In this document: positions 17,078 to 32,128 of the stretch, piece by piece
Layout: each line of letters opens with the position of its first letter
Numbering within the stretch: position 1 is the stretch's first letter
Assembly: GCF_009914755.1 (NCBI RefSeq)
Contig: NC_060928.1
Strand: one strand, 5' to 3'
DNA from: the human T2T-CHM13v2.0 reference genome, Homo sapiens
Length of the DNA: 64,000 nucleotides
The notes under the pieces: generated by a model
Told to the model about the DNA's origin: nothing
Databases searched by the model: none
Seen by the model: the letters and a program-made list of their open reading frames with translations, nothing else
Translations under genes and position numbers: made by a program

Positions 17078-20000
17078 GTTATATTGTATCAATTCGAGAA
17101 AATCAAAACACTTTTAATAAAATACATTTATAAGAAAAACACGAATAGGTGATGAACCAACAAATTCTCCCTGTTTTTGTTTTTAATTGGAGACATTTAT
17201 TTGTTTAGAATGGTTGCTGTTACCTAAAGTTATAGAAAAATATATACCATACAGTTTATATCCTATGAGCTAAGGGTACTAATCCTAAAACCTTAGGCTC
17301 TAGATAACATACAAAACAGAAGGGAAACCATGCTTTATCTTTTCTTACTGAAGATTTAAATGCCCATGTAGGTAATAATCCAAATTGCTGTGAATCTCTT
17401 CTGTGTTTAAGCTACCTGCTTCTTTTGGCCAGAAGCAAATAGGAACCCAGCTGTATTAAATGAATCAAAGTCCTTACTTCTCAGTCAGACGAAGCTGTTT
17501 TAAGGGCATTAAGATAAGCTACTCGCAGTTCTTCAGTTCTTCCCATTAGAATAGTTTTCCTTCAAATTTAAGGCTAAATGAACCATTTATCAGTTTTTAA
17601 GCTAGTTCATGTAAACAGGAAATAAAGTTTTCATAAGCAAAATATGAAATTGAAAGAAAAAAGTAATTATTCTGCTTTGTATTGCTACCCCCTCTTATAA
17701 CTGAATCTGTTCTTGCATGTTAGTTCAGTGAGGTAAATCTGATTATTTGGGTAGCAAGGTCCTATTCACAACAAGGATTGGTTTGGCATGACCATCATTC
17801 ATATTTTAAGTGCTACAAAGATGAAACAGCAAGACAAACTCATAGTGTTAAAAAAAAAGTTTTTTATTTTGCCCCAGCAGAACATTTTCTGACCTATAGC
17901 CTCCAATCACCCTTTACTGTGGGTGATGTCAAAAACACTTACTGCACAAGCAGAGACCTGTGTTTCCTTTGCCACAGACAATAAATCTTTAGTGTCTTCT
18001 CCTGATACGCATCACTCCACTTGCTCTCAAGAGGCACTATACATCTCTCTTGCCTTTCCCCTCACTAACAAGGTCACTTTTGAGTGATAACACAACTTAT
18101 TGCAAAAATGTATAGACATGCACAATAATTAGTATCCACTTTTAAGTACCTTGTCAGTAAATATTATAAAACTCTGGAAAAGACTTCTTCCCAAACATAA
18201 TGTATTCATAAATTTAATTTCACAAATATAGATTTGAATAAGCCCATGTAAAAACAGATTTTGGCCCTACCTTTTCATTACTGTTATAAAATTATACTTT
18301 ATCCAGAAGGTATGTATTTGAGAAATTAATTTTAGCTTCATAGAAATCTCCTTTTCGAGTAATACAATAAATTGCTAGTTGACTGTACTCATTTCTAGCT
18401 TGCAAAACCAAAACTTTTTCTTAATTAATGATAGAAATAGTGGAAAAAATATGTAAGATGGAATTATTTTTTAAACTATTAGCGTTTCTTAACCAGGATT
18501 CCATGAGTACATTAGGACTGAGTGCTCAAAGGCATCTGTTATATATTAAAAACTAACTTCTCATCAAAGCCTTATGCTAGTTATGTGGCATCCTTAGGAG
18601 AATTGGGAAAATACCCCCTCAAATTATCTTCTCTGTTTTGTGGTTCAGATAAGAGGACTTGGTTGAAAAATGCTGTTAAAAAGAGACTCAGGTTATATAA
18701 CTCAATCAAAACCAATAAGCACGTAAATATAAAAGCTGACATTTGAATCTGAACTTTTGAAAATAAAGCTGAAGTCACATAAAAAATACAACACGTGTTA
18801 CTCCAAATTTCAGGCATGACTTATTTTGTTTTCTTAAAGTGTCAAATTAAGATACACAGAAATTCAGAAGCACATTTTAGATTAACTCATCTAAGTAAAA
18901 TAAACCATAACAGATGCCTATGAATAGGGTTTTAAGCAAAACAAAGATTATACAAATCTAAAAATAAGTCTCAACCTTCAATCTCTGAGACAAAGAATTT
19001 CTAAACCCATTCAATAAATATACACCATTATGATGACTTAAATTCGTGATTAAAACCGTGATGGAGGTTTCTTCCATTTCCACTTTAGTAACTTAGCGAA
19101 TTCCCTGCCTGTCTGTCTCCTGTCTCTCTTTCAAACTAAATGCAAAGAAGGAGAAGGAAGGGGAGGAGGAAGGAAAGGAGGAGGAGGAGGAGAAACAGAA
19201 ACAGAGAAACAGAGAAAAGTCTCTGTAGGTAACCTAGATCTTTGAATTAAAGCAAAGTCTTTAATGTAGGCATTATGATATGCTCTGTACATGATTTAAA
19301 CACTTTGAATTTCATCATCATCATTTCTTTGAGTCAGCACTATTATTCCTTTCTCTGATTTCTCCTTTAGCTCTCCAATATTTTTAACAGGATAAAGAGA
19401 CTCTAAATCCAGTGACCATGCTTTATGTTCAGAAAATATTACCTCTTAATAAATGTCTGGCTATTATTATAAAACTAAGAAGAAAAATCCTTTTAATATG
19501 AGTGGCAGAATGAAAATTCATCAATTTAGGTATAAAATGTATTTGAACATTATAAAAAAGGAAAGACAGAGGACGCAAGTACCCACAAACAGGATGAGAA
19601 CACAGAAATAACATGGGTTTGGCACATTATGACATGATGCTTACATGTTTGGGATGACTAAGAGTTATCTGTTAAATAGAGGGTGACAGGTAGTAATTAT
19701 TCCAATGCAAGACATTGAACACTAAACAAGGATGGCTAGGATAAAGTGTCAAATGCAGGTCATTAATGATGACAAGGACTGGATTCAGCTGCAGCAGCTG
19801 TCACTGTCCCAGGTGGGTGACCATACTGTCATAATCCTTATCGCTATGGTCTTCCTGGAAAAGTACAGGCTAATATGGCAGGTTAAAAAAGTACAAATGA
19901 TAAGTATTGCTTACAGAAATGTACTGAACAAATCTCAGTGTCTTCAGTGGCCCAAGAATTTATTTCTTGGTAGATCATCTTTTTAAGTTTCTAACTCCAA

Positions 20001-21690
20001 TGTAAGTGAAGCTTTGATGTCAGGAAGCTCTGAGTTTAAATGTCACAACTTACCAGCTGTTTAACCTTTTTTAACCTCCAACATACATAGTGGAAAGCCT
20101 ACTTCATATGAGGATTAAATAAGAAAAGGAATGCAAAATAGATGGCATGTAGAAGGTATGGAATAAATTTTAGTTTTCTCCTAAGCCAAGTTCCGCCCTG
20201 AACAAGTTGATCAAATTTTACCTAAAATTACTTTCTGCTAGTAAATACATTTCATTCTTGCAAATGTTTGCTGCAAATACATCAGTTTACAAATACTATA
20301 GTTTATTAATTATCATCCAATATTTTAAAAATAAAGTATATAACTGATGATTATATTTGAAATTTTATGATTAAGGGACAAGAACAGCTATCATATCAAC
20401 GTTATTGTCTTTGAATAATAAAATCTATAAAACTATTAGAAAACTTCAATTTCTAAAAATTTCTGACTCAATATTTATTATTTTGTTCAATATCTGTTCA
20501 CTTCTTTTAAATTAAATAGTCATCCTAAAACCACTGAATCATCAATCCTAAAAAAGTTGAAGAAATACAGCCCAAAACTACTATATCATCTCTATTCATA
20601 TTCTTTCTGCAGTCTACTTAAGAATTTAATAGTTACTATTTGTGCTATTCCTCACAAATGTCATTATTTAACACCCATTTTTCAGATACAATGGCCCTTA
20701 AGACCCCATAGACCCTCATCTCTTAGTTATTACCCTTGTCGATTTACAAAAACCTCCACCATTTTAGGAAGAAAAAAGGCCACATCTCCAGTGGCTACAA
20801 AAGTGTATCTCTTGAAAGAAAGAAGCTATGAAAATAGCTGCTGCAATTTAATAGCTTCAAAACATTTCAAACCAAAGCTACTATTTCTTCTTTCCCCTCT
20901 CCACTCCCATTGTGGATTATTCCAATACTTCAGTTTTTGTACATTCCATGCTATCAAAAATGGCAAAGAATTGGAAAATAACATTATGCCAAGAAGACGT
21001 CAAGGTGCTATTTCAAACTTTAAAAAACAAAACAAAACAGATGCCACTTTTGACCCATGAGAGAGAAAATATTCATTATTAAAGTAGACCAGACTGTTCC
21101 TCAGTCCCTTAAACACTCTACAGTTTGAATGATCAAAAAAGCCTCTTCAGTGTGCATGTCCAAGCCTGACGTTCCTGCCAAATCCAGTATTTCTAACTTT
21201 CTACTGAGCATTTCCAGTATTTTCTTTCAAGCTGAACTCCATGGAACCAGCCTCAGGTTCTCTCTCCTCTCCCTCTCTTCTCTGCTACACACCTAGCTCC
21301 ACATAGTAATCAAGTCCTGCTAGCATCCCCCTTTCAACTCAGATTGTCCCATTCTGATGGAGTGCTACTGTCTCATGGGGGCCCTAACAAGGTGGTTCCT
21401 GCATTAGCCCAGTTGCCTTCTGCTCTTACCTTCAGTCCTTCTAAGAGTATACTGCCTGTCACCAAGATAATACTTGTAGGAAAACAAAATAAAACAAACA
21501 AAAAACCCAACTTGTTTTCATGAAGTCTTAGTACAAAATTAGAAAACAAAATTCAATAAAATATTTTTGTTTGATGGGACACAGATTTATTTAAAATTTT
21601 AAAGTTGAGAAACAGCAATAAATATTTGTTGGACATTCATAGCTAAGTGCTAGTCTAATATACTACATTCTCCAGAACTGAACAGGACTC

Positions 21691-22003
<313 letters not shown>

Positions 22004-24557
22004 GAACAACCAAACGGGACTTAGATTTATTCTCTATTATTTCCCCACATATAGCTCAAAAGTTGCTAAAGAAAATAATTGAATCACTGTCCCAGAACAA
22101 ATGTAAATGTTCCTACTTTCTCTACCTCTACAAATCCTTCAAGATTAACTCAACTCTCTCTTCTATAAAACCTCACCTTACCTCTTGGTCTGAAGTATTC
22201 TTCCTTAATAACTCAAACAGCAATTAATGTCCAGACAATTCATTTAGAAATTAATTAGGCAACACTTTTGTGTAATCTCTTCTGTTACTTCCTTGAATTG
22301 ATGTTTAAATATTTCATTATTTTACGTTGTATATGTGGATTCTTGCCCTTTTGAGTAGATTACAAACTTGTTGATAACTATGTATTAAATATTTTGGGGT
22401 TTCAAAGACTGCCTGAAAATAGTGGGTACTCAGGAAAAAATGGCTAATTTTATTTTATGCCTATCATGTCCTAATTCTAGCAAATATTTTAAACCACCAA
22501 AATTATTTGATGTGGAATTATAATTGTGGAGTTTTCAAATATATATAATAGGTATATATAAACTATTTGCTGTTTATATATAAATATATATCATATATAT
22601 AATTCTAATTAGATTAGATTCTAATTAGAATCCATCTTGACTATACAACTGGTTTTATCTTCTGTTTTTATTTGTTAATTGCATTTTGCTTGCTCTGCTT
22701 TGGGTTATAATTTTTGAGGCTTTTCTTTATCCCCCACTACATCTAGACTGTAATAAATTCCTAGCAGGTAGGGATTATCTAGTATTCACTAGATTTTTTA
22801 AAGAAAAAAATTTTTTCTCGAGAACCTGTTGATAACTTGTAGCTCATTTTCCTTTGTCTAATCTTACTAGAAAATATTTTCACCAAAAATTTAGAAAAGT
22901 CAGAAATGTGTTTAAATGCTCATGTGTTAAATGCTCCAACATGCCAAAAAGAAAAATTATAGCACTTATAATTTAAGTTTTAATATTCATCTGTAATCTT
23001 ACAGAGAATATGTTGTATTTTCATTAATACTATTAATTAATCCAAAATTTCACTTGTTTATTATTTCTAAGATTTCAGAAACAAAGCAGTAAATGTTTAT
23101 AAATGATTAGAAAAACTGTTTGCTCTAAAGAGTATAAAAAGCCTTAAAATGTAGTTTACATGGGTATTTTTCTTATGCCTTCAGTTATAAAAACCATCTT
23201 ATTATTATTAATAATAGTAATATTATTATTTTATACAACAGAGAGTACAAAGAATGATGCCCTAGGAATAAAGGAAACCTCCTATTTCTTATAATTTGAT
23301 AAAACTTTCTTTCTCAGCAAAATATTATATAATATTAGCATGCCACAACATGAAAGTCTTTCAAGATGCCTCATCTAAACAACAAGTTCTATGACAGCTG
23401 TATCATGGGGAACCCTTGGCCCCTCCATGTGAAATAGGGAATGTAAGGACTGAGGTGTCTACCACAGGACCTAGTGTTGAAGGCAGGCAGACTGAAGAGG
23501 AGGCCGACCTCCAGATGCTCAACCCTCAGTTCCCAGTACTCACACACTAAGGATTTCTCATCAAAAAAATAGCTGGCAGCCCATTTGCCTCAGTTTTCAC
23601 TAACGTACCTGAAGAGATATTAAGACTTTAAAAACCATTTCAGGATTGAATTTTTGTAAGATGATTTTGGGCACACTATTTTCAGATACATCAAAGAATA
23701 AATTTGATTAGTGAAATCAGTTGCTCCATAGATCAAAATAAGAGCTCAAGCTCTCAGAATGATCTGGAAAATAAACAGTAAATTCACAGTAAATTTAACG
23801 GAAGTCTAAAATGATGAAAGATTCTGAAAACTAGATTTTAAGAGGGAATTATAAATAATAAATTATGACTGTGCCAACAGTATCCTAAACTAAAAATGAT
23901 GGCTTTTCCATAGTAAATCTGAGAGCTTTGATAATTGAAATATATAATTTGGGATTGTGTCATAATCTTAGCCTCCAGATAGAACTCCTTTTGCTTTGAT
24001 TTTACAGGTTAGAAATGACAATCAATTTTAATATTTTAATATTAAGACTAACATGTTGATTTATTTTCTACCACTAATTATATTTCTTTTTTTTAAGTAA
24101 AGTATATAACTTTATAATTATTCTTAAGTTTTGGCCTCTGGACAATATCTGTAGGTGCTTAAAAATCAATCCACAAATAATTTTCTGACGCCAATATTTA
24201 CAATAATATGACTAAGATACTTAATATTTATGTTTTGTATGTATTATATTTAAATATTCACTAGTGATTCCTATGTTACAAAAATAGTTCACTAGTACTT
24301 CTCATTTATATGTTGGCCTTTTCAATTTTATTGTTAAATTTTTCTTAATTCAACACCTGGGCCTATAACATATTAATATAACTAAAACACTAAACTCTAA
24401 ACTGCTGTAAATTTTCTGGAAAACTGACCAATAAATTCTGAAACATAAAGCAGAATTTACACGAACTAAATTTTTCAATAACCTATTTAAAGTTAGAGTT
24501 AATACCACTTATTACCTACCTACCTGCATGAATCTGGCAACTTGAGATCTCTATATA

Positions 24558-24707
24558 GTTGTTGTTTGTTTTTGAGACAAGGTCTTGCTCTGTTGCCCAG
24601 GCTGAAGTGCAGGGTCACTGCAGCCTCAATCTCTTGGGCTCAAGTAGTCCTCCCACCTTGGCCTTCTAAAATGCTGGGATTACAGGTATGAGCCACCATG
24701 TCCAGAC
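24558..24707 (-). mobile_element. Alu monomer (FRAM/FAM/AluJ fragment), apparently inserted in a MIR
   Basis: T-rich tail then gagacaaggtcttgctctgttgcccaggctg...ctgggattacaggtatgagccacc; MIR core 'tctcagtttccttatctttaaaatgg' follows. Confidence 0.8.
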
Positions 24708-24855
24708 TTACTTGACATTTTAAAGTCTCAGTTTCCTTATCTTTAAAATGGCAATAAAAATATTTTACTGTGAGATGTTTTGATAATTAGAGTAACATGA
24801 TACATGTTTGAAATATTTGAAATATTAAGGGCCTAAAAATTTGTAATTAAAAACT

Positions 24856-25008
24856 GGGCCCAGTGACAGGCATCTGTAGTTCTAGCTACTCAGGAGGCTA
24901 AAGTAGGAGGATCACTTGAGCCCAGGAGTTCAAGGCTGCAATGAGCCTTGTGCAATGTGCCACTGGACTCCAGCCCAGATGAGAGCAAGACCCCAGATTT
25001 TAAAAAGA
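24856..25008 (+). mobile_element. Alu monomer (FRAM/AluJ right arm)
   Basis: ctgtagttctagctactcaggaggc...ggaggatcacttgagcccaggagttcaaggctgcaatgagc. Confidence 0.8.
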
Positions 25009-26799
25009 ATGAATTTGTGATTGAAATAATATTAATTCAGGATTTTGTTCTATTTATAAAAAATATCTGAAATATACTTTCATCTAATTAATAAAGAATA
25101 TGTCATATAAGAATAAAATCATGATCTGTACTGAGAGGTTTTTTAAACGCATTCAGAAGCCAGACCGGAGGGCAGAGGCCAGAGGTCAGAGGCTAGACAA
25201 GTGTTATTTGTCATCTAGTTAGCTGCAGGTAAAAAGACCACTTAATAAAATGAGTCTATTAGGCTGATTTAAGTAAAAGTGATTGATTTTCATTTAACAT
25301 TTGTCCATTATTGTTAGGTCAAGTTGGAAAATCAATTTCAATGTGACCCAATGGGAGAACAGTTCCAGTATCTATATGTGTTTAATGACAAGAACACATT
25401 AGTACTCATTTGCTTATAACAGTATTAAATGATAGCTTGTGTTTAAATTATTTTACAGTTGTGACACAAGACAGCAAAATACAGCATATCAAAATGACAA
25501 TGGAGATAATCTAATATCACACATTGATCTCTTCTTATTTTGAAAGAAGAAAATCAGTGAGAAATAGACAAATTTTATAGAGAGGAAACTGGAATAAAAT
25601 TTAAATAAATATACAGAGCTCTTAAAATCTGTATTTCCCTTACTCTCTTTCATATGCAGTTATTTTCAAATTATTTTAAAGTGTAACCAGTAGCAAGATA
25701 TCCATTATGGATCTAGAATCATAGTATTTTTATAGTCCCTTGAACATATTTTCAAATACTATGCAGAATATATGCCATTTTTTTAGTCTTATAGTAACTT
25801 GTAAAATATTTATTTATTCATTATTGCTGGCCTCATGAAATGTCTATATACTAAAAAAAGTATGAATTAATTTAAACATATTCTAAACAATAAGTTAGAA
25901 TTTCCACCTGCATGAATTATTCTGTTCAAATATTGTTAAGGCCTCCTCTCTGAGGGCAATGTGCAGGGTTTTGGGAATACCCTTATGAGCATAGGAAAAA
26001 TATCATATTCATAGAGCTGGGTTGGTTGAAATTAGATTTTTTTAAAAAAACAAGACTGCTAGAATTCAAAGGTAACTTTTTGATCATTTATTTTTCTATA
26101 CACAAATGAGAAGACCGAAGACCAGAAGGTTTAGAAAATTTGCGCCGGACTGAAGCTGATAAATGACAGTATCGAGATCCCAACTCCCCTGACTCCCAAT
26201 GCAGTGTTCTTTCCAATATGCCACCAAGGGCTATAGGAATAGCTCTAATTTTTCTTCCTTCCTATAACTCACTTTCCCAGCTCCTAATCTCTTGCATAAC
26301 TCACCTTCTCAGCTGCCAATCTCTTGCTACAGTTTGAAAAGCAATGTGCAATTCCTGGAATATATAAGCTAGTTCATCCCTCTTGTGCTTTTGAACACGC
26401 TTGTCCCTCTTGGAGAGAACTGAAGTAGGGATGGAAGTTGCAGTATACGAAGGGGTTGAATTACACAACTTCTAAGGTTTCTTGTGATGTAAAAATTCCT
26501 TATTCTGTATAAACTTGCTGTAGAATTTATTGCCACTTCTAAATATTAAATATTATTTATAGATGCCTATATAATTAAATGTATGTTGTGTATGTGTATT
26601 ATAGAGTAATATGCATGCATTCTGAATATATGTCAAATATATGTGTATCAGTAAAAACACAGATACACAGTTGATAACCCAGGCACCAGAAGAATCAGGT
26701 TCAAAACTGAAATTCAAAAGTGCTTCCCTACATGTATAATTGCCCTAAGTCAGTCAGTTATTGCCTGAATAGGTAGAGGAATCAAGAGCTGCACTGTAA

Positions 26800-27030
26800 A
26801 ATGACAGCATGGAATAACGAGCGTTCACTGGATTTTAAAACCTGACTCTCAATCTAGATTCTGTTACATTCGGCAATGTACCCTTGGGAAATTCACCAAT
26901 CATCTCTAGATCTCATATTCTTCATCTGTTAAATGAGAACAGTATGACACCGACTCAACACAGATAGGACAAAAATGTGATAATTAAACATACATAAGAC
27001 ATAGTAGGTGCTCAGTGACTGTTAGCTGAA
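26800..27030 (+). mobile_element. MIR remnant
   Basis: 'tgtacccttgggaaattcacc...tctcatattcttcatctgttaaatgagaa...acatagtaggtgctcagt'. Confidence 0.6.
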
Positions 27031-30000
27031 TCGGAGTTCTGACCCTTCTCTATAAAAATAAAGTATACTCCCCTCTCCTGAAATTATGAGTTCCCTCAAC
27101 AACTACAATACCTTGCTACCTCCCATTAGACACAAACATCACCATGCACACAAGTATATGCATGCGCGCACACACACACACACTCATAGAAGCATTGGAA
27201 GTATTGGAAACCCAAGTTTTATTCCCAAGAAGCAAGGAAGGAGACCCCGGGCAAATCAAGAAAAATAGCTGAAGCCAATAATCCCTGTTTTTCAGTTAAT
27301 GAACCTAAATTTGTGTTCTAAAAAACAGAGTGGATTTATATTAGGAAAAAAGTGTTCTTTCACCTAAGAATCCACTTGACCACTTGACAATCCACCAAAT
27401 CCACCAATTTGACCAGTTATATCACATATAATATGACCTGCTATATCATAATTTTTATGTGATTCCTTTTGGAGCCCATAATGAAAGACTATCTACAAAG
27501 GCAGAAACATTGAGATAGGGCTAAGCTACTCAGGAAAACACATATTATTTCCATTCCTTTTACAAATTTGAGAACCCTCCAAGAGTCTAATTCTAACTTC
27601 TTTTGCATCATGTTATTGTCCAATTCAAAGCTGTTATTATCCACAGACTATAAATAAAATCTAAATCCTTAATGCCTGCAGATTTTTGCATCTTCAATAA
27701 TTAATTAATAGGTACAAAAATAAATGGGTTGATAAATGAAACAAATGAACACTGTTTCATTTGTATGTTTTCCTACTTACATTTAAAGATAATCATTAAA
27801 GGAAGAAAACATTGTTGCAAAAAGAAAAGTATAATGTATCTCAAAGCCAAATTTGTGATTTTAAATTTGTAGAAAACTTAAGAATATCTAAGCTACTGAT
27901 TATACTTTACTACTGAAATTTACTTCACTGTCATTAGAGGTAAGATATATGTGTAAATACTAAAATAATTCAGTGTGCTCTATATTTTCATGACAGAGCT
28001 TTTCTTTTTATTTTGTCCAAATAAATGGAGAACATGAGATATAATCCGAAAATCATACTTTTGAAGTTTAGAGCCTTATCTGTTTTTTAAAGATTTCCCC
28101 TTGAAGCCATTTTTTGTGGCCAAAATTCTCATAAACAATATGGTTAGTTGCAATTTCACATTGAAAAATATCACAGAATAATAATATAGACTTAATGGTA
28201 AAAAGGTATTAACTAGACAAACATTAGTGGAACAGCAACGCAGGGAGGAAGGGAAGGAAAACAAAATTTTAAGAAAAGACTGTTTAGTCATTTCAAGTTT
28301 CAATCCGTTTACTTCCAAGTGATTAGGGCTGCAATAGTGAAATATACAACCTTAAAAACATAATTTATAGTTTATTATTTAAATGACACTTCATTTTCCT
28401 ATTGCCTGCAAATTATTAATTAAAATAATATCTCTTCCCTATTCTTCATCTTTTTTCCTTTTCTTTTCTGTCTCATTTTCTAGCTCTTGATTCTCTCTCC
28501 TTCTATATCACCTCATAATCTGATGTTTCCTCTTCAGTGAAGTATTTTGTATGCTGGTAAACATGAAAGTAATATTATTCAGATTTACTGCTGTTGCTAT
28601 ACCTAGGGATTTTATTTGAATTTATTGGTACTTGTCTATCATTCCTAACTGCCCTACAGTAACTGTCAAAAGGTGAAGTTCTGAATATTAACCCAAGGAA
28701 ATATTTGAAATATGTAAATGAAAATATTTTATCACACACACACATTCTCTCCTTCCTAAACTTCTTATCTCATAAAAGAGTATCTGATGCCAGAGCATGA
28801 AAAGTGTATTAAGAGCTTAACATCAGTATTAATAACTCAGATTTAAAACTCTTAGCAATTAATTAAGATTAATGACAGAAGTCATCCCTTTTTCTCCAAT
28901 GTAACACTTCCTCACATCTTTTCAATCTCTCATTCATGAGCCCCTCCATGCTCATTTCAGGCTGTGAAAAACGAAGGTCCTGAAACTTTGATCCTGTTAT
29001 CTGCTGCTTTTTGTATCTGAGATTAAGGAAGTAGACATTGGCAAATTTACAACCAACAGCTCGGACAGCTGTCCTACTTTAAGCAGTTAATGGAAAAGGA
29101 ACTAATCTAGTTAAGAGCATAAGACTAGTTCATAAATCTGGATTCGGAGGACAGTTAAAACCGTCCCACCTCTTCTGAAGAGTAGTAACTGAATTAAATT
29201 CTCTTCTCACTGTTTGTTGAGAAGAGCCAGTGTTTCTGTAAACTGGACTAATGAGGCACTCAGAGCTAACATAAGCCACATATAGGCCAGCACCATAGAT
29301 GATTATGCAAAAGATTAATTAACATTAAAATATATGATTTGGCTAGGACAAATACAGATCTCACAAGAATTCCGATCATTGAAAATTTTTCTTAAATAGA
29401 ATATGAAATAAAGATCAAATGTTTTTAAAAAATGAAAAAAATGCAACTGCAAGCAAAAAAAAATTCTGAAAAAGACAATAAAAATTAAAAGCCTTCATTT
29501 GTTCAAAATTTAGCCTAAAGGAAAATGATTGTGTTATGTTTTTATAATTCAGAAAATGTTCAATAGATTTAATTATAATTTAAAAATTAATCATCCAAAC
29601 TGACTAATTTTAGCCCCTTATAAATAACATTTTTTTGTATCATCATCCTTAGCCACATTTTTGCAGAAAATAATTCAAACGTTAAATTTCAGAATTGTTC
29701 TGTCTTATTTTTCTCAGTAGCTTAATTTATAAGTAGTAAAATAATAAGTAAAGATAACAGAAATGTTTAAATTCTACAAATTCAAATGATACCTCTCTTA
29801 TGAATCACTAGGATCTAATGCACATATTAACTTATAATTTATATTCTTAATTATAATAAAACTAAGAGGAACTATAATAGACAAAATTCTGTTCCTCAAA
29901 TCAATATCTCATGCATATCACAGGGTAATTATGTTATCTGATGGCATAGGAGACTGTACCCAGAATTAGAAAGTTAAAATCTTGACCCTGCTCACTGAGC

Positions 30001-31761
30001 TGTGGGAACCACAATGGTGTGCTTAAGTCTAGTGGGCCTCAGTTTAGATACATCTGGTGAGGGATAGAGCAAATGACTGAGAGAAAAGTTATATAACTAC
30101 AATTTGAAAGACATACATGAGGAAAATGGCTAAGTCCCGCTAAACACAGATAATGTAGTGACAACAGGGGGTCAAAGCGGAAAATTCATATAAGCTCTCA
30201 GAGACATGCAAGTGGAATTCAAGAGGGAAGGTCGCATTGTCTAAGAATGATGCCTAACGACGTCTCTAACAATGAGGACAAAGCAGTGGAAGCCTCAATC
30301 AATGTTAGGAAGTCAGACAAGGGAGAGAAATGAAAGAATTAGAGAAAGATAATGGGAGAGTAATCCCTCTTTACTCCAGAAATTTATCTGTATGCTACGT
30401 ATGTAAACATGATATTTGAACGTTTTATTGAAATGTTTTACAGACTTACTAACTCTTTTAGGCAACTAAGATTTGAGATGGGCATATGTGCATGTGTCTG
30501 TGTGTATGTCTCACCAATCTGCACTAGGTTCCGCCTTAAAGCTATTTAAATAAAATAAAGTGAATTCATAATTAACTATTAAGAAATCATTCATGTCAGG
30601 AAATGGCTCTAGAAAACAAAAGTGCTTGATTTAAAAAAATTAGAAAACTCTAATATGATTCAAAACAAAAGTATGCTTAGTACTGGATATGATTATGAAA
30701 TTTAATATATATGATGTATTATTTTCAGTATACTAACCTGCTTACTAAGAAGCATTATGGGAACCTAAAGTATCTTTCTGCCACATTTTCCAAGTGAAAA
30801 GAGCTCTTTAAGGAGAAAGAGATGATGTATATCAGAGAATAAAATTATTGTGAAATGGCAATGAGTTTGTAGAAATTATCCCAACTTTATAAGTTTTTTA
30901 AAAGCATAAGGAGAAAAAAAACTTGTAATTATTTGAAACTAAGAAAGTGTTAACCCAAAGCCAGAAAAAATAAAATGGTAAACAAATGTCCAGGGGTATT
31001 CTTTCATTTCTCCTTATTTTCTGTTTCCTTCTCTCTTTTTTTATGTTATTTGCAAAGTTTGAAAAATAAATTATTTTTATTTTATAACTCAAAATTATAT
31101 CAGTTTCAAAATTCTTAAATGTTAGAGGTTGGAATTTGATTCAGAGTACAATTAGTGGAAAATATAAATAAAAATTATATGGAAAAATTTTTAAAGAAAT
31201 TACTTAGTATAATTATTACTATTGCATACTACTATATATTAGCTTCTATGTTATACAAATCCTAGTGTTTTATTTATAAATAAAAATGAGAGATATTTAG
31301 CAAAGTTGAAAAGGCATTTATAAGTACATTTTTAGGAATAAAGGGGCAATAAAAGCTTCCTACTCAAGCCAATTTCCTTAACTGAGTTATAAAGCTTTCC
31401 TTAAACTAAACTTATAAATGGGGTTCTGGTAGACACAAAGGCACCATCATAATGCATTCTATTTAAGTAACAAACTGTCTACAAAAAAGATGCACTGTAT
31501 CCCCCCTTGGACTGGGTCTTCTGAGCTCTAAATTTAAAAATGAGTATTTAACACATGTAGAATAATGTAGATTTCTGTAAATTATTAGAAATTATAGTAA
31601 TTTATTTAAATATATATTTAAGCCTCTGTAATAAAAAGTATATAAAAACCATACATAAAGTAACCAAAAAATGGAAAATAAAGCTTAAAATTGTATCTGT
31701 GTTGACATTTCTGCTCCCCATTGGATGATTTAATTGATTCTACATCACAGCCATACGTTGA

Positions 31762-32128
<367 letters not shown>

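Noticed and set aside
20557-21060. 167-aa ORF
   Set aside because: TTG start, no recognisable domain, antisense to the host gene in AT-rich intron; consistent with chance.
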